The position numbers and the translations under genes were made by a program. Positions 10,178-19,529 of a stretch of 64,000 nt of DNA are shown here, one piece after another (positions within the stretch are counted from its first letter, which is position 1; the number at the start of each line of letters is the position of its first letter). This DNA comes from Candidatus Methylomirabilia bacterium (GTDB taxonomy: Bacteria > Methylomirabilota > Methylomirabilia > Rokubacteriales > CSP1-6), in NCBI GenBank assembly GCA_041497895.1, contig JBGQHJ010000005.1:1-64000 (forward strand), written 5' to 3'. The notes beneath the pieces were generated by a model. The model had not been told where the DNA came from. It did no database searches and was given only the letters and a program-made list of their open reading frames with translations.

Positions 10178-10214
10178 CGCCGGACGGCGGCGGGCCCGAC
10201 CGGGGCCCACCGGG

Positions 10215-10511
10215 CTACTTGCCGGCCACCGCGCCCGCGACCGGCTCTGGCAGCGGTCGACCGTCCCGGGTCGACGCGCCCAGGCACTCCAGGGCCCGGT
10301 CGCGCTCGTGCAATGCCACGTAGCTGAACCGGATCCGTCCGTCCACGTCCACGCGCTCGAGCTTGACGTCGTGAAGGCCGGCCGCGCATTCCCGCCAGCG
10401 CCGGTTGGCCAGCTCCTGCTCCGGGCTGTCCCGGAAGTACTCGCAGCCCGCCCCGGCCGCCGCTAGCAGCAAGAGGAGGGCGGTCCGGGCGCGCCGCGAG
10501 GCCCGGCTCAC
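10215..10511 (-). CDS. Small putative lipoprotein
   Basis: Basic N-terminus, hydrophobic stretch, AGAG-C lipobox-like site; start overlaps the mscL stop. Confidence 0.6.
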   Translation of the reverse strand: MSRASRRARTALLLLLAAAGAGCEYFRDSPEQELANRRWRECAAGLHDVKLERVDVDGRIRFSYVALHERDRALECLGASTRDGRPLPEPVAGAVAGK

Positions 10512-10933
10512 CGCCGCCGCAGCAGGTCGCGGATCTCGCCGAGCAGCCGCACGTCCTCGGGGGGCTCGGGCGGCGCGGCGGGCGCGGCCGCTTCCTGCCG
10601 CCGCATCCGGTTGATCCCCTTAAGGAGGAAGAACAGCGCGATCGCCACCGCCAGGAAGGCGATGATCGTGTTCAGGAAGAGCCCGAAGGCCAGCACCACC
10701 GCGCCAGCGTCGCGCGCCGCCTTGACCGACGTGAACGCGGCTCCGGACGGGTTGCGCAGGACCACGAAGAGATTGCTGAAGTCGGGCGTGCCGATGATCC
10801 CCGAGATCACGGGCATCAGGACGTCGTTGACCAGCGAGGTGACCACCGTGCCGAAGGCCGCGCCGATGATGATGCCGACGGCCATGTCGACCATGTTGCC
10901 CTTGATCGCGAACTCCTTGAACTCTTTGAGCAT
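10508..10933 (-). CDS. mscL: Large-conductance mechanosensitive channel
   Basis: EFKEFAIKGNMVDMAVGIIIGAAF and LL.EIRDLL. Confidence 0.95.
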   Translation of the reverse strand: MLKEFKEFAIKGNMVDMAVGIIIGAAFGTVVTSLVNDVLMPVISGIIGTPDFSNLFVVLRNPSGAAFTSVKAARDAGAVVLAFGLFLNTIIAFLAVAIALFFLLKGINRMRRQEAAAPAAPPEPPEDVRLLGEIRDLLRRR

Positions 10934-10957
10934 GGCGTTGCCCCCTCCTCCGAGGGC

Positions 10958-11737
10958 CTAGTTGCCGACCCGGACCGCGGAGCCGAGCTCGCGCAGCATC
11001 GCGATCGCGGACAGGTACGAGAGACGGCCGGTCCGCGGGTTCTCCGAGGGCACGTTCTCCACCTCGATGCGGAGGGTGCCGAACTCCCCCTCCACCGTGA
11101 TGCGGTGCTGGTTCCGGGCCTGGTCCGGCACCGCGTAGATCTTGATCCGGGTGCGCTCGGGGCCGATGCCGGCCAGCGACAGCGCCGCCACCACGTTGAC
11201 GTTGGCCGGGAAGCCGCGCACCGCCTCGGTCGCCGGGCCCTCGAAGATGAGCGTCTCGGTGGTGATGCGGTCGAGATCGATGTGCTGCTGCAGGACGTAG
11301 GGCGCGCCCGCGAGGCCGCGCGGCGGCTTGCGGGTCTCCATGGTCACCCCGGTGATCGCGCCCTCGCGCGCGCCCTTGACCCCGTCGAGGCCGGCGATCG
11401 CGCCCGACGGCACCAGGATGCGGCAGCCGTGCTTCTCGGCCAGGGCGGCCCAGCCGTCCAGCACGCCCACCAGCGCGCCGACCGAGAGCACCATCAGGTG
11501 CTTGCCGGCCGAGAGCACCGCGGGGCCGAACTCGCGGAGCGCGGCCTGGGTGGCCGCCTCGACGATCAGGTCGGCCCGCTCGATGAGCTCGTCGAGCGGC
11601 AGCACCGGATAGCCGGCCGCGGTGGCCGGCTCGCGCACGCTCACGCCCACCAGCGTGGTGCCGGCGATGTCGCGTGTCACCGCGTCCGCGACGCGCCGCC
11701 CGATCACGCCCATCCCCACGATCCCGACCTTGAGCAT
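10958..11737 (-). CDS. nadX: L-aspartate dehydrogenase (NAD biosynthesis)
   Basis: GMGVIG, VEAA, LSVGAL, PSGAIAGLD, KPP, FPANVNV and NPRT motifs. Confidence 0.88.
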   Translation of the reverse strand: MLKVGIVGMGVIGRRVADAVTRDIAGTTLVGVSVREPATAAGYPVLPLDELIERADLIVEAATQAALREFGPAVLSAGKHLMVLSVGALVGVLDGWAALAEKHGCRILVPSGAIAGLDGVKGAREGAITGVTMETRKPPRGLAGAPYVLQQHIDLDRITTETLIFEGPATEAVRGFPANVNVVAALSLAGIGPERTRIKIYAVPDQARNQHRITVEGEFGTLRIEVENVPSENPRTGRLSYLSAIAMLRELGSAVRVGN

Positions 11738-11837
11738 CGAGTGGCCCCTTCCGCCGCCGCCGCACCCGCGCGGCGGGGCGATGATAGCAGCGCCCGCCGG
11801 GGTGGGACAAGGGACCGTGCTAGAATCAGCCGCGAAG

Positions 11838-12719
11838 ATGACCGCAACGCCCCCGCTCCAGGAGCCGCTCGAGCGGCTCTACCGCGAGTTCGACTGGGCC
11901 GCCCGTGCCGACCTGGACGCGATCCGCTTCCCCCTCCGCTATCCCGAGCCGGCCGATCGCGAGGTCGTCGCGCTGCTGGCCTCGTGCATGGCCTACGGCC
12001 GCGTGGATCTCTTCGCGCCGTGGATCGACTGGGCGCTCGCGCGCATGGGCGATTCGCCCGCGCGCTTCGTGCTGGGCTTCGACCCGGCCAAGCACGCCGC
12101 GCGCTTCGCGGACTTCCGCTACCGGTTCAACCGGCCGCGCGATCTCGCCGCCTTCTGCCTCGCCACCCAGCGGGTCCTGATCCGCCACGGCTCGCTCGGC
12201 GCCTGCTTCCGCGCCGGCTTCTCCTCCGGCGCCGTCCACGTGGGCGCGGCGCTCGAGGGCTTCGTCGACGCCTTCCTGACCCAGGACCTCTCCGCGGTCT
12301 TCCCGCGCAACCGGCTCTCGTACGGCTACCGGCACTGGTTCCCGCGCCCCTCGACCGGCGGCGCGTGCAAGCGGATGCTGCTCTTCCTCCGGTGGATGGT
12401 CCGCCGGGAGGCCCCGGACTTCGGCCTCTGGACCGATATCCCGCCGTCGGCGCTCCTGATCCCGGTGGACACCCACATCGAGAACATGGCCCGCTCGCTC
12501 GGCCTCACCCGCCGCCGCAGCCGGAACTGGAAGATGTCCGAGGAGATCACGAGCGGGCTGCGCCGGCTCGATCCGGTCGATCCGGTGAAGTACGACTTCT
12601 CGCTCTGCCACACCCGGATGTCCGGCCAGTGCCTGGATCGGCGGGACGCGGTGGTGTGCGCCCCGTGCCGGCTGCGGCCGGTGTGCCGCCACTGGCGTGG
12701 GCGGCGAGCGCGCCCGTGA
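11838..12719 (+). CDS. TIGR02757-family protein (HhH-GPD-like) with C-terminal Cys cluster
   Basis: DREV, AYGRV, ACKR..LFLRWMVR, DFGLW, IPVDTH and DPVKYDFSL. Confidence 0.8.
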   Translation: MTATPPLQEPLERLYREFDWAARADLDAIRFPLRYPEPADREVVALLASCMAYGRVDLFAPWIDWALARMGDSPARFVLGFDPAKHAARFADFRYRFNRPRDLAAFCLATQRVLIRHGSLGACFRAGFSSGAVHVGAALEGFVDAFLTQDLSAVFPRNRLSYGYRHWFPRPSTGGACKRMLLFLRWMVRREAPDFGLWTDIPPSALLIPVDTHIENMARSLGLTRRRSRNWKMSEEITSGLRRLDPVDPVKYDFSLCHTRMSGQCLDRRDAVVCAPCRLRPVCRHWRGRRARP

Positions 12720-13819
12720 CCGCCGTCTGGGCGTGGGTGGTGGTGGCCGCCCTCGGGCTGCTGCTCGGCCTCACCGCGTGGGCCCTCTGGCGCGCGGTGG
12801 CGCGGCTCGGCGCGCTGGAGGCGGCCCGCCAGCAGCCGGATCAGGCACTGCTGCTGTTGCAGCGAGACATCCAGACCGCGCGGGCCGAGGCCCACCAGGC
12901 GCGGAGCGAGACGCTCGCCACCGTGAAGGACGAGCTCCACCAGTTCGCCAGCCACATGACCCAGCAGATGGGACAGGTGGGCAGCGGCGTCCAGCAGCAG
13001 CTCCAGCACGTGGGCCAGGTGGTCGGCGCGGTGCAGGGCAGCCTCGGCAAGCTCGGCGAGGTGACCCAGCGTGTCTTCGACGTGGGGCGCGACATCGCGG
13101 GCCTCGAGCAGTTGCTCAAGTCGCCCAAGATCCGCGGTGGGGTGGGGGAGACCCTGCTCGAGAATCTCCTCGCCCAGATGCTCCCCCGGGAGCAGTACGC
13201 GCTCCAGCACGCGTTCGCCACCGGCGACCGGGTCGACGCGGCCATCCGCATCGGCGAGCGGATCGTCCCGGTCGACGCGAAGTTCCCCCTGGAGAACTTC
13301 CGGCGCGTGCTCGAGGAGACCGACGAGGACAAGCGCGGCCCGCTGCGGCGCGCGTTCCTGCGCGACGTCAAGAACCGGGTCGACGAGATCGCCAAGAAGT
13401 ACATCCTCCCGGACGAGGGCACCTTCGACTTCGCCCTCATGTACATCCCGGCCGAGAACATCTACTACGAGATCATCGTCCGGGACGAGAGCGAGGAGGA
13501 CTCGCCCGCCACCTACGCGCTGGCCCGCCGGGTGGTGCCGGTCTCGCCCAACACGTTCTACGCCTACCTGCGGGTCATCGTGCTGGGGCTGCGTGGGCTC
13601 CGCATCGAGCGGGACGCCCAGGAGATCCAGGCCCGGCTCGGCCGGCTGCGCGGGGACCTCGACAAGTTCCGGGAAGCGTTCGACGTGGTGGGCCGGCACC
13701 TCACCAACGCCCGCAACAAGTACGACGACGCCGCGGCCGGCCTGGGCCGGCTCGAGGGCAAGCTCGAAGGTATCGAGCGCCACGGCGAGCAGGGGGCCCT
13801 GCCCGGCATCGCCCCCTGA
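12716..13819 (+). CDS. rmuC: DNA recombination protein RmuC
   Basis: N-terminal TM segment and coiled coil; K.RG..GE..L, VDAKFP, KYI.P..GTFDFALMYIPAE and VSP.T. Confidence 0.9.
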   Translation: MTAVWAWVVVAALGLLLGLTAWALWRAVARLGALEAARQQPDQALLLLQRDIQTARAEAHQARSETLATVKDELHQFASHMTQQMGQVGSGVQQQLQHVGQVVGAVQGSLGKLGEVTQRVFDVGRDIAGLEQLLKSPKIRGGVGETLLENLLAQMLPREQYALQHAFATGDRVDAAIRIGERIVPVDAKFPLENFRRVLEETDEDKRGPLRRAFLRDVKNRVDEIAKKYILPDEGTFDFALMYIPAENIYYEIIVRDESEEDSPATYALARRVVPVSPNTFYAYLRVIVLGLRGLRIERDAQEIQARLGRLRGDLDKFREAFDVVGRHLTNARNKYDDAAAGLGRLEGKLEGIERHGEQGALPGIAP

Positions 13820-13881
13820 CCCCCGGATTCGGGAACCAGCGGTTGTGGTATGATCGGGGAAATCCACCATCAGAGGGTCCC

Positions 13882-14184
13882 ATGCCCGACATTCAGTTCC
13901 AGGTCTACGGCATCAACCTCCTCGTCCGGCTGATGGCCGAGCCCCCTGCGGACGTGCGGGTGCATTGTCCGAAGGGCTCGCCGATTCGCTACGGTGAGGT
14001 GGTGGGCCGTGGCGACGGCTTCGACGAGGGGGCCAATGCCTTCCGCGACATGCCGCCGCTGCGCTCGGTGGTCGCCTTCGAGGAGAACCCCGAGGAGGTG
14101 GAGGGCCACTACTTCTACATCTCGGGCGAGGAGCACCGCGTCATCCGGCTCGACGCGATCATCCTCTCCTTCCCGCTCGAATAG
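13882..14184 (+). CDS. Hypothetical 100-aa protein with GroES-like pattern
   Basis: Own extended -10 (TGgTATGAT, 13846-13854) and gagg SD; GEVVGRGDG...VVAF...ISGEEHRVIRLDAII resembles the Cpn10 strand order. Confidence 0.65.
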   Translation: MPDIQFQVYGINLLVRLMAEPPADVRVHCPKGSPIRYGEVVGRGDGFDEGANAFRDMPPLRSVVAFEENPEEVEGHYFYISGEEHRVIRLDAIILSFPLE

Positions 14185-14196
14185 CCCGCTCCCGCT

Positions 14197-15429
14197 GTGA
14201 CCCCGCTGTCGCAGGTCCTCCGCAAGATCGACGCGGACGAGGTGATCGAGCTCACCCGATCGCTCGTCCGGATCCCCAGCGTGTACCGTCCCGGCGACCC
14301 CGAGGCCACCGAGGCCCGGGTCGCGGCCTTCGTGGAGGCGTGGCTCCGCCGCGAGGGCTTCGACGTCCTGATCCAGCCGGTCGCTCCCGGGCGTCCCAAC
14401 GTCATCGGCTCCCTCGGCGAGAAGCGGCCCGGGCAGAAGAGCCTGCTCCTCGAGGGCCACACCGATGTGGTGACCGAGGGCGATCCGGTGGAGTGGTCGC
14501 ACCCGCCGTTCGGGGCCGATCTCGTCGACGGCCGCATCTACGGGCGCGGCACCGCCGACATGAAGAGCGGCCTGGCCGCCGCCATGGTGGCCGCGGCGGC
14601 CTTCAAGCGGGCCGGGGTGGCGCTCCGGGGCAAGCTCGTGGTCGGGGCGCTGGTCGACGAGGAGGACGGCATGATCGGGGTCCGCCACCTCTGCACCACC
14701 GTGGTCGGCCGCGAGCTGGACGCCGCCATCATCTGCGAGCCGGAGGACAACGAGCTCTGCCTCGAGCAGCGCGGCGTCGTGTGGGCGCGCTTCCGGGTCC
14801 GCGGCAAGATGGCCCACGGCGCCATGCCCGAGGCGGGCATCAACCCCATCGCGTGCCTCGGCCGCCTGCTCGCCGCCGCGCCCGGGCTCGAGCGGCGGCT
14901 GCGGAAGGCCTGCGAGAAGAGCCGCTACCTGAGACCGCCCACGGTCACGCCGACCATCATCCAGGGCCCGCCGCCCCGGATCGGCGTCCCGCAATCCAAC
15001 GTGATCCCAGCGGTGGCCGAGACCACGTTCGACATCCGCCTGACTCCCGGGATCGACGACGACGGCATCCGCGCCGAGCTGGAGGCGATCTGCCGCGAGG
15101 CCGCGGCCGGCCAGCCCGGGATCAAGGTGGAGTGGGAGCCGGTCAACGCCTTCCGGCTCGCCACGAAGGTCGATCGCTCCGAGGCCCTGGTCGAGGCGAT
15201 GGTCCGCGGCGTGAAGCAGGCGGCCCGTCGCGCGCCACGGTACGGCGGGGTCCCCGGCTCGACCGACGGCACCATCCTCCGGATGCAGCTCGGCATCCCG
15301 ATCGTCACCTGTGGGCCCGGCGACCGCTTGATCCCGCACCAGGTCGACGAGTGGGTCGCGGCCGATCAGATCGTGGAGGCCGCGAAGATTTACGTCGCGT
15401 CAGTTCTGAACTACCTCGAAGCCGAGTGA
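14197..15429 (+). CDS. M20 metallopeptidase (ArgE/DapE family)
   Basis: GHTDVV, YGRGTADMKSG, DEE, CEP and HQVDE metal ligands. Confidence 0.9.
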   Translation: MTPLSQVLRKIDADEVIELTRSLVRIPSVYRPGDPEATEARVAAFVEAWLRREGFDVLIQPVAPGRPNVIGSLGEKRPGQKSLLLEGHTDVVTEGDPVEWSHPPFGADLVDGRIYGRGTADMKSGLAAAMVAAAAFKRAGVALRGKLVVGALVDEEDGMIGVRHLCTTVVGRELDAAIICEPEDNELCLEQRGVVWARFRVRGKMAHGAMPEAGINPIACLGRLLAAAPGLERRLRKACEKSRYLRPPTVTPTIIQGPPPRIGVPQSNVIPAVAETTFDIRLTPGIDDDGIRAELEAICREAAAGQPGIKVEWEPVNAFRLATKVDRSEALVEAMVRGVKQAARRAPRYGGVPGSTDGTILRMQLGIPIVTCGPGDRLIPHQVDEWVAADQIVEAAKIYVASVLNYLEAE

Positions 15430-16661
15430 TCCGCGCCGGCAATCCACGCCTGCGGGCGGTCGAGGCCTTTCCGGTCGAGCACGAAGGGCAGCGCTGCATC
15501 GCGCTGCGGGATCCCGCCGGCTTCACCGACCAGATCGCGGTGCTGCCCGGCCCGCTGCTCGACCTGGTCTCCCTCTTCGATGGCGAGCACCCGATCGAGG
15601 AGATCCGCGACGTCCTGCGGCGCCGCCACGGCGAGGCGCCCTCGGTCGAGCAGATCGCCACGCTGGTCGAGCAGCTCGACGACGCGGGCTTCCTCGAGAG
15701 CGAGCGGTTCGCGGCGCGCCGCCGGGCGACCGAGGACGCGTTCCGGCGGAGCCCGGTACGCCCGGCCGCCCATGCGGGCGGCGCCTATGCCGGCGACGCC
15801 GACGCGCTGCGCGCCCAGATCGCCGGCTTCTTCGCTCACGCCGACGGTCCGAGATCGCCCACCGCCGCGCCGGGGCCACGGCCGGGCACCCTCTCGGCCC
15901 TGATCGCTCCCCACATCGATTTCCACCGCGGGGGGCCGACTTACGCATGGGCCTATCAGGAGGTGCTCGAGCGGTCCGACGCGGACCTGTTCGTCATCCT
16001 GGGCACCTGTCATGCCGGGATGGCCGACCCGTTTGCGGTCACGCTCAAGCCGTACGACACGCCGCTCGGACCCGTGGCGGTGGACCGCGACTTCTACGAC
16101 GCGCTCGGCCGGCGGGCGGGCCAGGACCTCCTGGCCTCCGAGCCCGCGCATCGTGCGGAGCATTCCATCGAGTTCCAGGCGGTGATGCTCCAGTCCCTCC
16201 TGGCCGGGCGCCGTGCGTTCACCATCCTACCCGTGCTCGCCTCGTACCTGCACGAGGCGGTGTGGGCCGGCACCGAGCCCGAGGGCGACCGGCGCGTGCC
16301 GCGCTTCCTCGACGCGCTCCGCGAGACGATCGCCGCCTCGACCCGGCGCGTGTGCCTGGTGGCCGGCGTGGACCTCGCGCACGTCGGCCCGCGATTCGGT
16401 GATCCCGATCAAAACACGGAAGCGTCGCTGGCCGCGGTCGAGCGCGCGGACCGGACGATGCTCGAGTCGGTGGTGGCCGGGGACGCGCGCGGCTTCTTCG
16501 CCCAGGTGGCGGCCGACCAGGACGCCCGCCGCATCTGCGGGCTCTCGCCGATCTACTCGCTGCTCCGGCTCCTGCCGACGGGGCCGGGCCGGCTGCTGCA
16601 GTATCGCCAGTGGCCCGATCCCGAGGGGGCGGTGACCTTCTGCGCGGTCGGCTTCCCGTGA
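15426..16661 (+). CDS. AmmeMemoRadiSam system protein B (MEMO1 family) with N-terminal PqqD/RRE-like domain
   Basis: AG.AY, APHID, LGTCH, EHSIEFQ, DLAHVG and ICG; N-terminal LFDG.H...LVEQLDDAGFL winged-helix-like segment. Confidence 0.82.
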   Translation: MIRAGNPRLRAVEAFPVEHEGQRCIALRDPAGFTDQIAVLPGPLLDLVSLFDGEHPIEEIRDVLRRRHGEAPSVEQIATLVEQLDDAGFLESERFAARRRATEDAFRRSPVRPAAHAGGAYAGDADALRAQIAGFFAHADGPRSPTAAPGPRPGTLSALIAPHIDFHRGGPTYAWAYQEVLERSDADLFVILGTCHAGMADPFAVTLKPYDTPLGPVAVDRDFYDALGRRAGQDLLASEPAHRAEHSIEFQAVMLQSLLAGRRAFTILPVLASYLHEAVWAGTEPEGDRRVPRFLDALRETIAASTRRVCLVAGVDLAHVGPRFGDPDQNTEASLAAVERADRTMLESVVAGDARGFFAQVAADQDARRICGLSPIYSLLRLLPTGPGRLLQYRQWPDPEGAVTFCAVGFP

Positions 16662-17125
16662 CGTCTCCGCCCGTCCCCGACCCGTCGACCTGGACGCTGC
16701 CGCGCCTGCGCATCGACCACGAGGGCGCGTGGTTCCACGACGATACGGAGGTGACCCACGCCGGAATCCTGGCCAACCTGCGCGAGAATCTGCAGGTCGA
16801 CGATCGGGGCCACTATCTCCAGATCGGGCCCGTGCGCGTGCCGGTCGAGGTGGAGGACGCCCCGTTCGTGATCGTGCGGGTGGAGCGCCAGGGCGACGGC
16901 CTGGTGGCCACCCGCAACGATCTCGGTCGCGAGCCGCTCGCGGTCGAGACGCTCGTGGTGGACGAGCGGGGCATCCCGCACTGTCGCGTGAAGGACGGGC
17001 ACTTCACCGGGCGCCTCGACCGCGCCGCGACCTACCAGCTCCTGCAGCACGTCGAGCCCGGGGACGGAGCGCGGCCGGCGGCCCTGGTCCTGGGCGGCCG
17101 GCGCTGGCCGGTGCGGGGTCTCTAG
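16658..17125 (+). CDS. DUF1285-family protein
   Basis: LRIDHEGAWFHD and PVEVEDAPFV pattern. Confidence 0.7.
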   Translation: MTSPPVPDPSTWTLPRLRIDHEGAWFHDDTEVTHAGILANLRENLQVDDRGHYLQIGPVRVPVEVEDAPFVIVRVERQGDGLVATRNDLGREPLAVETLVVDERGIPHCRVKDGHFTGRLDRAATYQLLQHVEPGDGARPAALVLGGRRWPVRGL

Positions 17126-17697
17126 CGCGCCTCGTCCGGGTCGGGCGGGAAGGCGGAGAGCGCGCGCAGGCCCGCCTCGTCGCCGGCCCGGATCAGCCGG
17201 TGCAGCGGTCCCTCCTGGCGCCAGGCCTGGCAGGTGTTGACGAACCACGGATCCGTCGCGGTCGGACGCGGCGGCTCCGGGAAGGCCGCTCCGGCGCCCT
17301 GTCGCACCGCGGGGGCCATCGCGTGGATCAGCGCGGTGAAGTGGGCGCAGCCGCGCTGCCGCCCGAAGCGCTCGTTGACCTCGCGGGTGAATCCCCGCGC
17401 GATCGAGAGACCGACCAGCTGGCCGAGCGGCGGCAGCGCCTCCGGGCAGATGGTGTAGGGATGCGACGCCATCTCGCTCCGCACCGCGGTGATCACGAGG
17501 TCCGGGTGGCGAACGCGGAGGCCGAGCCGCATGTCGTGGATCACCGGCGGCGGGGTGGCCCCGAACCACTCGGGGTTGTCACCGGGCCGCTCGTCGACCA
17601 GGGTCGCGGTGACGTCGAGCTCGTGCGGGCCGGCCGGCGCGACCTCGACGCGAATCGTGCGAACGTGCACCGGCCGGGACGTCTGGGCATCGCTCAT
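17122..17697 (-). CDS. DUF2889-family protein
   Basis: VHVRTI, IHDMRL, HPY.ICP, GCAH and NTC motifs. Confidence 0.75.
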   Translation of the reverse strand: MSDAQTSRPVHVRTIRVEVAPAGPHELDVTATLVDERPGDNPEWFGATPPPVIHDMRLGLRVRHPDLVITAVRSEMASHPYTICPEALPPLGQLVGLSIARGFTREVNERFGRQRGCAHFTALIHAMAPAVRQGAGAAFPEPPRPTATDPWFVNTCQAWRQEGPLHRLIRAGDEAGLRALSAFPPDPDEAR

Positions 17698-18485
17698 CGG
17701 GGGGACGCGACCTCCTTGAGGGCTTCGATGATCTCGGAGTGGATGGTGCCGTTCGACGCGGTGATGGACGGGGCGCCCAGGTCGAGCGGCCCGCCGTGGA
17801 CGGACGTGACGATGCCGCCCGCCTCGCGGATCAGGAGCGCGCCCGCCGCCACGTCCCACGCGCCGAGACGCTGCTCCCAGTAGCCGTCGAGCCGGCCCGC
17901 GGCCACCGCGGCCAGGCCGAGCACCGCGGAGCCGATGGAGCGCACGCTGCGACAGCGGAACATCAGCGCGCCGTGCTCGGCGAGGTTGTCGCGGGGCGCC
18001 CCGCGGATGTCGTTGGGATAGCTCGTGCCGAGAAGGCTCTCGGCCATCCGGGGCGTCGCGGAGACCCGGATCGGCACGTCGTTGCAGGTGGCGCCGCGGC
18101 CGCGCTCGGCCACGAAGCACTCCTCGCGGCTCGGGTCGTAGACGACGCCCGCCGCGAGCGCGCCGTCGATCTCGAGGCCGATGGACACGCCGTAGATCGG
18201 CAGGCCGTGCGCGTAGTTGGTGGTGCCGTCGAGCGGGTCCACGATCCAGCGGTGGCCCGGCGAGCCGGCGAGCGCGCCGCTCTCCTCGGCCAGGATGGCG
18301 TGGCCGGGGAAGCGCGCGCGGATGGCCGCCACGATGATCGCCTCCGCGCCCCGGTCCATCTCGGTGACCAGGTTGGTCGGGCTGCCCTTGTAGGCGACGG
18401 CGGGACGGCTCCCGAACCGGGAGCGGAGGAAGGCGCCGGCCCGCAATGCCGCGTCGACCGCCACCTCGCGAAAGGCATCGCTCAC
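17694..18485 (-). CDS. suhB: Inositol monophosphatase family protein
   Basis: LVTEMD, AEE, WIVDPLDGTTNY and WDVAAG. Confidence 0.9.
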   Translation of the reverse strand: MSDAFREVAVDAALRAGAFLRSRFGSRPAVAYKGSPTNLVTEMDRGAEAIIVAAIRARFPGHAILAEESGALAGSPGHRWIVDPLDGTTNYAHGLPIYGVSIGLEIDGALAAGVVYDPSREECFVAERGRGATCNDVPIRVSATPRMAESLLGTSYPNDIRGAPRDNLAEHGALMFRCRSVRSIGSAVLGLAAVAAGRLDGYWEQRLGAWDVAAGALLIREAGGIVTSVHGGPLDLGAPSITASNGTIHSEIIEALKEVASPR

Positions 18486-18511
18486 GGACCTCGAGGATAC
18501 CACGCCGCCGC

Positions 18512-18540
18512 TTGACAACCCGCCGCGCCTCTCGCAGCAT
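18512..18540 (+). promoter_or_regulatory. Sigma70-like promoter for panE (probably leaderless)
   Basis: TTGACA-17bp-CAGCAT, 7 nt before ATG 18548. Confidence 0.5.
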
Positions 18541-18547
18541 GGCGCGC

Positions 18548-19480
18548 ATGCGCATCGTGGTGATGGGATCGGGCGGGACCGGCGGGTACTTCGGCGCGAA
18601 GCTCGCGCGCGCAGGCGAGGACGTGACGTTCGTGGCCCGCGGCGCGCACCTGGCCGCCATCACGGCGACCGGACTGCGGATCCGCTCCGCCAGCGAAGGG
18701 GAGTGGGTGGTGCGGGCCCCCGCGGTGGAGCGCCTCGACGGTCTGCCACCCCCCGACCTCGTGCTCTTCTGCGTGAAGTCGTTCGACACCGAGGAGGCCG
18801 CCGCGCTGATCCGGCCGGTGATCGGGCCGCACACCGGCGTGCTCTCCATCCAGAACGGGGTCGACAACGAGGCGACGCTGGCGCGGGTGCTGGGACCCGG
18901 CCACGTCCTGGGTGGCGCGGTGCGGGTCTTCGCGACCATCGAGGCCCCCGGGATCATCCGGCACACCTTCGGCGGGCACATGACCTTCGGCGAGATGGAC
19001 GGGCGCGAGACGGATCGCGCGCGCGCGTTCCTGGCCGCGTGCCGCAAGGCGGAGATCCCCACCGAGCTGGTGCCGGACGTCGAGCGCGCCCTCTGGGACA
19101 AGTACGTCTTCCTCACCACCCACGCGGGCGTGACCGCCATTACCCGCTGCCCGGCCGGGGTGGTGCGAGCGGTGCCCGAGCTGCGCGAGCTCTACCGACG
19201 GATCGGGGCCGAGATCGTCGCGGTCGCGCGCGCCGCCGGCGCCCCGGTGGACGACGGGCTGCTCGCGCAGGGCCTGAAGCTGCTCGACACGGTGGCCCCG
19301 AACGCCTCCTCCTCGCTGCACCACGACCTGACCCACGGCAAGCGGCTCGAGCTCGAGGCCCTCCACGGCCACGTGCTGCGGCTCGCCGAGCGCCACGGGG
19401 TGGCCACGCCCACCGTCTTCGCGATCTACGCCGCGCTCCGTCCGTACCGCGACGGCGCGCCGTCCATTCCGGCCAGCTAG
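18548..19480 (+). CDS. panE: 2-dehydropantoate 2-reductase
   Basis: GSGGTGG, ARG.H, VKS, QNG, W.K and SSL..D...GKRLE.E. Confidence 0.9.
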   Translation: MRIVVMGSGGTGGYFGAKLARAGEDVTFVARGAHLAAITATGLRIRSASEGEWVVRAPAVERLDGLPPPDLVLFCVKSFDTEEAAALIRPVIGPHTGVLSIQNGVDNEATLARVLGPGHVLGGAVRVFATIEAPGIIRHTFGGHMTFGEMDGRETDRARAFLAACRKAEIPTELVPDVERALWDKYVFLTTHAGVTAITRCPAGVVRAVPELRELYRRIGAEIVAVARAAGAPVDDGLLAQGLKLLDTVAPNASSSLHHDLTHGKRLELEALHGHVLRLAERHGVATPTVFAIYAALRPYRDGAPSIPAS

Positions 19481-19529
19481 CGCCGTCCTCGGCCGGCGCG
19501 GCGCGCCGGCCGCTGGTCTATACTGGCTC

